Below are positions 17,746 through 23,876 of a DNA stretch of 32,000 nt, one piece after another. Numbering within the stretch: the first letter of the stretch is position 1; each line of letters starts with the position of its first letter. Origin of the DNA: Arthrobacter sp. 49Tsu3.1M3. GTDB taxonomy: Bacteria; Actinomycetota; Actinomycetes; Actinomycetales; Micrococcaceae. A program made the position numbers and the translations under genes. Where the stretch lies: the NCBI RefSeq assembly GCF_900168135.1, contig NZ_FUZD01000012.1, forward strand, positions 11,834 through 43,833, read 5' to 3'. The notes below the pieces were generated by a model, which was given only the letters and a program-made list of their open reading frames with translations, had not been told where the DNA came from and did not search any database.

Positions 17746-18898
17746 CGAACTGCCGGTAGTTGGCCGAGGTGCCGTTGGCTTTGGTCCAGAGGATCTTGTC
17801 CAGCTCCGGCGCCGATGGCCGGTAGCGGTACAGGAAATCGAAGTAGTCGTTTGTCTCCTCCCTCAGCGTGGAGCGGTTGCCGGAGGGGAAACTGACATCT
17901 GTAAGCCAGCGCCACATCAGCGGCGATTCCTGGCCGGGGGGATCCCAGCGGTAGCCGCCCAGGGGGACCTTGTAGACGCGGCGGGAGCGCACGGCGGAAA
18001 CGCTTTGCCACACCGGGTTGGCGTAGACGTCGGCGGGCATCGCGTCATCGAAGTTCCCGAGCAGGATGATTTCCGGATCCCAGGCCAGGACCTGTTCGAC
18101 GTCCACGCCCACCATGCCCTTGCCCTGAAGGCCCTGCGGGCCGGTGGCGGGGTTGTGTGCCCCGATGAGCTTGATGTAGAAGTCGTTGTAGCTGCCGTTT
18201 CCGGCCACCTTGAGGCCGCCGTTGAATCTGTTGAAGTAGATGATGCCCGGCCCGCCTGTGCCGCGGGCGGCGGCCTCGGCCTGGATGGCCTTCTGCTGAC
18301 CGTCGCTGCGCGCCTTCATCTGCACGGCCCGGTCCGGGCGGCCCAGCATCGTAGCGAAAAGCGCGGTCCACGTGTCCACATCCTGCTGCGTACCGGTGTT
18401 CGTGATGCCAAGGACCTTCATCCCGGCCTGTTCCAGCGGTGCCGTCAGTTGCGCATCGCTCCACTGGACCACGACGTCGGGGTTCAGCGCCCGGATGCTT
18501 TCGACATTGGGTGTGAAGTCCGTCGTGGCAATGTCGTGCGGGATGTTCAGGGCCTCCGGGTACATGGTGCCCATGGCGCCGTCGCGCATGGCGACCCAGG
18601 AGGCGTTGTGCATCCCGGCGAGATGGCTGGCGCCCTGGTCGACGGCGGCCAGCAGGGAGGCGGCGGGCATGGGAATGGTCACCACCCGGGTGACCGGGCT
18701 GTCGAAACTCAGGACGGTCCCGCGCTGGTCCGTGACCTGGATCCCGGCCGCGCCGGAGGCGGAACCCGGGGGCGCAGTACCGCCAGTCCCTGCCGGCGGC
18801 GACGTGCCGGCCGGGGCGCAGGAAGCCAGGAACAGCGCCCCTCCGCCGTAGAGGGCCGCTGCCAGTACAGATCGTCGGTTGGCTTCGGGGATGCTCAT
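17735..18898 (-). CDS. ABC substrate-binding lipoprotein (periplasmic binding protein, FecB/BtuF class), probable Tat-exported
   Basis: The ATG at 18898 is preceded by GGGAGG. The N-terminus MSIPEANRRSVLAAALYGGGALFLASC has a twin-Arg and a lipobox (LASC), followed by a Gly/Pro/Thr/Ser linker. The 27 upstream codons of the track ORF were rejected. Confidence 0.85.
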   Translation of the reverse strand: MSIPEANRRSVLAAALYGGGALFLASCAPAGTSPPAGTGGTAPPGSASGAAGIQVTDQRGTVLSFDSPVTRVVTIPMPAASLLAAVDQGASHLAGMHNASWVAMRDGAMGTMYPEALNIPHDIATTDFTPNVESIRALNPDVVVQWSDAQLTAPLEQAGMKVLGITNTGTQQDVDTWTALFATMLGRPDRAVQMKARSDGQQKAIQAEAAARGTGGPGIIYFNRFNGGLKVAGNGSYNDFYIKLIGAHNPATGPQGLQGKGMVGVDVEQVLAWDPEIILLGNFDDAMPADVYANPVWQSVSAVRSRRVYKVPLGGYRWDPPGQESPLMWRWLTDVSFPSGNRSTLREETNDYFDFLYRYRPSAPELDKILWTKANGTSANYRQFDAS

Positions 18899-19093
18899 CG
18901 GCCTACCTCCCGGGAAGGACCGCGCGCAACGGCCATTCGCTCCGCGCCGGCAACGACAAGGATTCCGGCACGGCACTTCCTCACAGCATCTGCCGAATGC
19001 GCAGGGGTGTCAATGCCGATCACGCCGGGCATTGTTCGCCGACGGGCGCCGGTGCTAGCCTCGCTGATATCCCCTGTGAAACGAGGCCACGGG

Positions 19094-19864
19094 ATGGAAA
19101 TCAACGGCGCCCAACTGTTTGTCCGCTACGCATATCCACCAAATTCGCGGGGCAGCTGCGGGCCGCCTGACAGCGACGCGCTGCTGCACTATGGCCAGTC
19201 CGGGGTGACCGATGCGGGCCTGCGCGAACTGGCGAAGGGGTTCGCCGGCGCCTGGCCCTACCTGGAGCTCATCGCCGGTGCCACCGGCAACCCGGACCCA
19301 CTGGACTACGCGGTGGTGGAGGCCTACTGGGTGGGAAACACGCTGCTGGACTCCGTGGGTGTGCGCAGCATCGGCAATTCCATGGAGGACCGGTTCCGCG
19401 CACGGACCGGGCATCAGTTCCCGCACCTGATGGAAGGGGTCCTGGCCGGCGGCGTCCCGCATCACAGCTTCCACGTCCTGGAAATCTATCCGTGGACGGG
19501 ACTCTTGCGCGATGACCGGCGCTCATCCACGGCCCTGAACGTCCTTGACCAATGCCGCATCCGGTGGGGCGAGGTGGTGGCCGTCGAAGGGGACAGCGCA
19601 CTCGTGCGCTCGCGGCCCCTGGCGTGGGACGGCATGGCGCTGTCGCTGGGGGAACCGGTGATCGAGACGGCCCAGTACGCCGTGGCCGGGTCCGGCTTCA
19701 TCGCTGACCTCACGCCCGGGGACATGGTGTCCCTCCACTGGGACTGGGTGTGCGACCGGCTCGCGCCAGCCCAGCTCCACCGGCTCCAGCACTACTTTGC
19801 GCGCCACCTCAAGATCGCGAATTCCGGCGTGGAGCACCGCGGCGCCGCGATCGCCCTCGAATAG
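19094..19864 (+). CDS. conserved hypothetical protein, 256 aa (I vaguely associate the N-terminal motif FVRYAYPPN..G.CGP with a DUF family; unverified)
   Basis: Only the C-terminal 256 codons of the 729-aa track ORF have protein-like composition. They start MEINGAQLFVRYAYPPNSRGSCGPPDS. The upstream part is antisense to the ABC genes. Confidence 0.7.
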   Translation: MEINGAQLFVRYAYPPNSRGSCGPPDSDALLHYGQSGVTDAGLRELAKGFAGAWPYLELIAGATGNPDPLDYAVVEAYWVGNTLLDSVGVRSIGNSMEDRFRARTGHQFPHLMEGVLAGGVPHHSFHVLEIYPWTGLLRDDRRSSTALNVLDQCRIRWGEVVAVEGDSALVRSRPLAWDGMALSLGEPVIETAQYAVAGSGFIADLTPGDMVSLHWDWVCDRLAPAQLHRLQHYFARHLKIANSGVEHRGAAIALE

Positions 19865-19880
19865 CGGACGCCTCCAGTTC

Positions 19881-19919
19881 GTTCAGTGCGAGAGTTCAGT
19901 GCGAGAGTTCAGTGCGAGA
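19881..19919. repeat. 13-bp tandem repeat GTTCAGTGCGAGA x3 (plus partial flanking copies) in the convergent gap
   Basis: Three perfect copies read directly at 19881-19893, 19894-19906 and 19907-19919. Partial copies are cagttc (19875-19880) and gttcac (19920-19925). Confidence 0.95.
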
Positions 19920-19943
19920 GTTCACCCAGTGGGGGAGTGAAGG

Positions 19944-20201
19944 CTACGGCGAGGTGTCGGTGGGGTCCTGGCCCCGTCCCATGAGCTCAAGTCCCGTCAT
20001 CGCACGGTCCGCACCATCCTGGTCCACGCGTTCCAGGGCGAAGCCCATGTGGATCAGGACCCACGTGCCGCTCTCCACGGGGCCGTCGTCGAGGAGGCCA
20101 ATGTTGATTTTGCGCTCCACTCCGGCCACATCCACGAGGGCGAGTTGCCCGTTGTAGCCATCGATCACTTCGATGATCCGGCCCGGTATTCCCAGACACA
20201 T
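19944..20201 (-). CDS. hypC: HypC/HupF-family hydrogenase assembly chaperone
   Basis: The canonical N-terminus MCLGIPGRIIEV (85 aa) is preceded by AAGGAGG. The longer 155-aa ORF was rejected. Confidence 0.9.
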   Translation of the reverse strand: MCLGIPGRIIEVIDGYNGQLALVDVAGVERKINIGLLDDGPVESGTWVLIHMGFALERVDQDGADRAMTGLELMGRGQDPTDTSP

Positions 20202-20214
20202 CCGTGGTTCCTCC

Positions 20215-20799
20215 TTAGCCTGCTTCATCCGGAGTCGCGCTCGCGGGCGCTGCGTCTGCGTTCGTGCTGCGGGCTGTGACCAGGGTGCGGACGGCTTCCA
20301 CGGCTGCCGGAACGGCGCGGGACACGTCCTCGGACAGTCCCATGCCCTCGTCCGTTCGCCCCGCGATGCAGCCGACCAGATAGGTCTCCGGCAGCGATCC
20401 GCCCAAAACACGCAGGCGGCGGAGGACAGCCAGCGGATCCATGCCGTGCGGATCGAAGGCCGGATTGGCCCGAAGCCCGGCCGGAGTCAGCGGACCGCCG
20501 CTTTCCAGGTCCTCCACCCGGATCTTCAGGATCCGGAGCGTTCCGGCGCTTGTGCTTCCGTCCGCCGGGGCCGGGAGCACATCCACGAGCACCAGCGCAT
20601 CCACTCCGTCCAGCAGGTCGTAGGCGAGGTGCAGCCCGCGGATCCCGTAGTCCCGCACCTGGACCTCCTCCGGCGCCCAGCCGGGCAGGCCGGACACCTC
20701 CTCGGCCAGCCGGCGGGCGACGGCCGGTCCAAATCCGTCGTCGCGGAGGAACACGTTCCCCACGCCCGCCACGAGAACCCCGCTCACACCGGGCCTCAC
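20215..20799 (-). CDS. hupD: [NiFe]-hydrogenase maturation endopeptidase (HupD/HyaD/HybD family)
   Basis: GVGNVFLRDDGFGPAV motif and a downstream HGMDP motif. The GTG start at 20799 overlaps the stop of the 39-aa ORF (ATGTGA). An alternative GTG lies 9 nt downstream. Confidence 0.8.
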   Translation of the reverse strand: MRPGVSGVLVAGVGNVFLRDDGFGPAVARRLAEEVSGLPGWAPEEVQVRDYGIRGLHLAYDLLDGVDALVLVDVLPAPADGSTSAGTLRILKIRVEDLESGGPLTPAGLRANPAFDPHGMDPLAVLRRLRVLGGSLPETYLVGCIAGRTDEGMGLSEDVSRAVPAAVEAVRTLVTARSTNADAAPASATPDEAG

Positions 20800-20915
20800 A
20801 TGCTCCGCATTCGCACGTAGCGCTTGATGTCCGGAATTGAACGCAGGCCGACGACGGCTGCTGCCAGGCCCGCGGCCAGCAAGAGCACGACTGTCATGAT
20901 GCCCAGAGCTTTCAT
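20796..20915 (-). CDS. 39-aa single-pass membrane peptide (MKALGIMTVVLLLAAGLAAAVVGLRSIPDIKRYVRMRSM)
   Basis: The start ATG overlaps the stop of the 517-aa ORF (ATGA) and its stop overlaps the protease GTG. One hydrophobic helix is followed by a basic tail. I recall a DUF-type small-protein family in such clusters; unverified. Confidence 0.6.
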   Translation of the reverse strand: MKALGIMTVVLLLAAGLAAAVVGLRSIPDIKRYVRMRSM

Positions 20916-22465
20916 GGTGATGGTTCCTTTCCGTTGTCCGGGGCCGGCGCCGCGGTGAGCGGCACGAGTTCCTCGGGGGCGAAATACAGATACCGTCCGT
21001 ACCACTCCTGCAGCTCGGCGGCGGGGTCGGCCTCGAGGACCACCGCGACGTGCGTTCCGCCGTCGACGTCGAAGTGGACTCCGGTGACACGCCCGGACTT
21101 GCCGGCGAAGAAGAGGTCCTGGGCGTCGGCGCGGCGCAGCGGGACAACCCGCACCCGGCTGCCGCGTGAGATCGGGACGCCGTCAATGAAGACGGTGTCC
21201 GATCCCGGATCGACGGCGGCGTCCCGGGCCGGATCCCACCACGGCGTGCCGGCACCGGTACCCGCCCCGGTACCTGATTCGGCGTCACCTGATTCGGCGT
21301 CGCCCGGAACTGAGAACTCCGGAACTGAAAACTCCGGATAGGCCGGGCCCGCGGGGCCGGGGAAGCCGTCGCCTCCGATGCTCCCGGGGCCGCGGGGCTC
21401 CGCCAGTTGCACGGCATCGTGCGGGTTCCGCAGGATGCCGTGCAACTGCTGGAGCTCCTCCGCCGTCATGTTTTCGCAGCGTTCGATGATCGCCGCGGCC
21501 CGGGCATCGGTTGACCGGGCCTCCGCCTTTTCCGCATCGGTCAGGGTGAGCACCCGCAGGGTCAGGATTTCATCGATCTCCGTGGCGTCGAACAGTTCCA
21601 CGGTGCTTTCCGGTGCCACCGCCGGATGGTCATAGAGGATGATCGGGGACAGGAGCAGGACATCGCGCTGCCCCTCGGGGCCGGCAAGGACGGGCCAGCA
21701 GCGGTGCTGGCTGCACGAGGCCGCCGCCGCTGCTGCCCATCCCGGGGGATCGATCACCGACAGGAAATCGGCGTCGTGGACGGCGAGCAGGACATGGGCC
21801 CCGATGAACGAGTACTCGATGGCGGAACGCGCGTCGGTGGTCGCTGCCGCCGCGTTCTCCACCGTGACCCTGAGCCGCCACAGCGGGCCGTGGGCCGGCC
21901 CGGCGGCGGCAGCGGCTTGGACCGCCGGCCCCGGCGGCGCCACTTGCGTCGCCATCAGGCGCACCTCGCCGCGAAGCTGCCGGCGCCGGCGCACAAGCCG
22001 GCCGGCGGTGGCGCCTGCGGAGTCCAGCACGGGCTCGATGTCCTCGTTCGCCGGTACGTTGACCGGCGCGCGCACGCCCGCGGCAAGCTGGCCGAGGCTG
22101 TATGGCCCGAGAGTGATCTCCTGATCCGTTGCCTCGTCCCAGCTAAGCCACCGGGAAGCGCCGACGGTGAGTTCGTCGACTGGGGCGAAACCGCCGTCAT
22201 CCGCGCGTTCGGCGGACCGTCTCTGGAGGTGCAGGAAGCGCAGATGCACGTCGACCCGGGCTGCGGGTCCCGGCTCGAGGAGGCAATCCGCTGCCATGTC
22301 CGGCGCTTCGCCGGCACCGGACTCATCCGCGCCCGGCGGCCCGAGCACCCCGAACTGCCAGCGGGCCTGGTTCTTGGCGGACGACGCGCGGTAGGGGTAC
22401 AGGAGGTACCCCTCGTAGAGGACGGCGTCGGCGACGGCGCGGGCCAGGCTGAGTCCGGTGTTCAC
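20912..22465 (-). CDS. conserved hypothetical protein, 517 aa, hydrogenase-operon encoded
   Basis: The GTG start at 22465 overlaps the upstream stop (GTGA). Composition is protein-like throughout (N-terminus …VLYEGYLLYPYRASSAKNQARWQFGVLGP…). An acidic/Gly linker precedes a C-terminal domain of about 90 aa. Confidence 0.8.
   Translation of the reverse strand: MNTGLSLARAVADAVLYEGYLLYPYRASSAKNQARWQFGVLGPPGADESGAGEAPDMAADCLLEPGPAARVDVHLRFLHLQRRSAERADDGGFAPVDELTVGASRWLSWDEATDQEITLGPYSLGQLAAGVRAPVNVPANEDIEPVLDSAGATAGRLVRRRRQLRGEVRLMATQVAPPGPAVQAAAAAGPAHGPLWRLRVTVENAAAATTDARSAIEYSFIGAHVLLAVHDADFLSVIDPPGWAAAAAASCSQHRCWPVLAGPEGQRDVLLLSPIILYDHPAVAPESTVELFDATEIDEILTLRVLTLTDAEKAEARSTDARAAAIIERCENMTAEELQQLHGILRNPHDAVQLAEPRGPGSIGGDGFPGPAGPAYPEFSVPEFSVPGDAESGDAESGTGAGTGAGTPWWDPARDAAVDPGSDTVFIDGVPISRGSRVRVVPLRRADAQDLFFAGKSGRVTGVHFDVDGGTHVAVVLEADPAAELQEWYGRYLYFAPEELVPLTAAPAPDNGKEPSP
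21251..21338 (-). repeat. three adjacent in-frame tandem duplications (12, 15, 15 bp) inside the 517-aa ORF linker
   Basis: ggcaccggtacc/cgccccggtacc; tgattcggcgtcacc/tgattcggcgtcgcc; cggaactgagaactc/cggaactgaaaactc. The encoded peptide is EFSVPEFSVPGDAESGDAESGTGAGTGAGT. Confidence 0.9.
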
Positions 22466-23103
22466 GGCACCGGGTCACCCGCCCCGGCCAGCAGCCCCTC
22501 GATGGCGGCCTCCCAGGAAATCAAGCCGTGGACCGCCTTGTACCTGGCCAGGGCCGCGAGGACGTCACGGTCGAGGCGGATCCATCCCTGGTTCGGGAAG
22601 AAGGCGTCCATCAGCGAGCGCCAGGCCGCCACGGGAAGGGCGTACCGCGTTTCCCGGTCCCAGGGAATCTGCTCGACGCCGAAGCCCGCCGCGCCACGCG
22701 TGAAGACCGTCCCGGAGAAGAGGAACTCCAGCGGGACCGTCCCGTCCCGCAGGGAGTTCAGGTATTTTGCCGCCGCGACCTCGAAGTCGAACGTGCAGGG
22801 CAGCGGCAGGTCAATGTCGACACTGTCCGCAAATCCCTGGACCAGGACGCCGCTGTGCATCCAGATGAAGGGCTTGAGCGTGGTGGGCCACCGTCCGCGG
22901 GTGCCGAAGAGTTCCAGCAGCCCGGCTTCCTCGTCGGCGTCGTAGCCGCGGCGCTGGGCCAGGATCCGCACCTGGCACCGCAGGGCCATGGCATGGACGG
23001 CGGTGCCGCTTTTCTCCTGGATCCGCAGGCGCGCGGTCAGCTGGGGTGCGGCGGCGTAGGCTTCCGGGGCGATGTCCAGCACACTGAATTCGAGCTCAAC
23101 CAT
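22462..23103 (-). CDS. conserved hypothetical protein, 213 aa, hydrogenase-operon encoded
   Basis: The ATG at 23103 is preceded by GGAGGG, and the protein starts MVELEFSVLDIAPEAY. It overlaps the upstream gene by 8 nt and the downstream gene by 4 nt. I recall a DUF6084-type annotation for such genes; unverified. Confidence 0.8.
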   Translation of the reverse strand: MVELEFSVLDIAPEAYAAAPQLTARLRIQEKSGTAVHAMALRCQVRILAQRRGYDADEEAGLLELFGTRGRWPTTLKPFIWMHSGVLVQGFADSVDIDLPLPCTFDFEVAAAKYLNSLRDGTVPLEFLFSGTVFTRGAAGFGVEQIPWDRETRYALPVAAWRSLMDAFFPNQGWIRLDRDVLAALARYKAVHGLISWEAAIEGLLAGAGDPVP

Positions 23104-23833
23104 GGCGTCCCTCCAGATCTGCCGCGGCGGCGCCCGGCCTGCTGCGGCGGCTGATCCGGTCGAAGAATCCCGCGAGCTCCTGGCGGGACTCCTGGCCGCC
23201 GTCGAAGCCCTTCCATACCCGCCGCAGGCGGCCCACCAGCTCATAGCACGCATCGATGGGGACCAGATGGCAGTCCGCCCGGTCCCGGTCGGGACCGGGG
23301 GCGCGGATCAGCAGGGCTTCCGTGTCGGGGGCGAGCACGGTGATGGCCGGGTTGGCCGCCTGGACCGACGCCCAGGCAGCAAGGGGAAGCTCGGACTCCG
23401 TGGCGCCCGCGGGGCTCGGGTAGAAAGCGGCCGTCCGGCCAAGGGCCGAGTTGAAGAAGAAGAATGCCAGCCCCACCGGGATTTCCAGCTCGTCCCACTG
23501 GGCCTGGCCGAGCTCGAAGGGCTCGAACGAGAGGTAGCGGTCCGGGACGGAGCGGTAGCGCAGATGGGCCGACGAGTCCGTGAACAGCAGATAGCAGGGG
23601 CGGCACGTGCACAGCAGGGAGCGGCTCTCCAGATCCACCACGTGCTGGTGGGCGTCCGGGATCGGCTCCGCGCACATCTCGCAGCGCTCGCCGGCAGGCT
23701 GGGCCGGGCGGGCGGAAGCTATCCGGCGGAGCACGGCGAGGGCCGACGCGCTGTTTCCGGCCCTGTTGTTTCCGGCCCTGATGTTTCCGGCGCTGCCGGC
23801 CGGCTGACTCCCGGTTCCCGACGGCGCCGTCAT
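23096..23833 (-). CDS. conserved hypothetical Cys-cluster protein, 245 aa, hydrogenase-operon encoded
   Basis: The ATG at 23833 gives MTAPSGTG…. It has a low-complexity N-terminus, then C51-x2-C54 … C75-x-C77-x2-C80 (RCEMCAEPIPDAHQHVVDLESRSLLCTCRPCYLLF). I recall a DUF5947-type annotation; unverified. Confidence 0.8.
   Translation of the reverse strand: MTAPSGTGSQPAGSAGNIRAGNNRAGNSASALAVLRRIASARPAQPAGERCEMCAEPIPDAHQHVVDLESRSLLCTCRPCYLLFTDSSAHLRYRSVPDRYLSFEPFELGQAQWDELEIPVGLAFFFFNSALGRTAAFYPSPAGATESELPLAAWASVQAANPAITVLAPDTEALLIRAPGPDRDRADCHLVPIDACYELVGRLRRVWKGFDGGQESRQELAGFFDRISRRSRPGAAAADLEGRHG
23753..23797 (-). repeat. 15-bp in-frame tandem repeat x3 (GTTTCCGGCCCTGTT-like) in the N-terminal region of the Cys-cluster protein
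   Basis: Units at 23753-23767, 23768-23782 and 23783-23797. They encode AGNIRAGNNRAGNS. Confidence 0.9.
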
Positions 23834-23876
23834 GCCCTGCTCCGTTCCCGTGCCGCGGCGTTCATGTGCCGGCACC

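Noticed and set aside
18899-19093. Possible cobalamin riboswitch in the leader of the BtuF/FecB-like transporter operon
   Set aside because: On the minus strand, GGAAGTGCCGTGCCGGAATCC loosely resembles the GGAA…GGTG…AATCC core. I could not find a B12 box or the GCCACTG element, and I could not draw the expected helices. This is a negative reading by eye only; an Infernal scan would settle it.
17675-19864. 729-aa ORF on the plus strand
   Set aside because: The first roughly 470 codons are antisense to the ABC permease and binding-protein genes. Their Arg/Gly/Pro/Ala-rich composition is typical of wrong-frame translation in high-GC DNA. Only the last 256 codons (from the ATG at 19094) look like a real protein.
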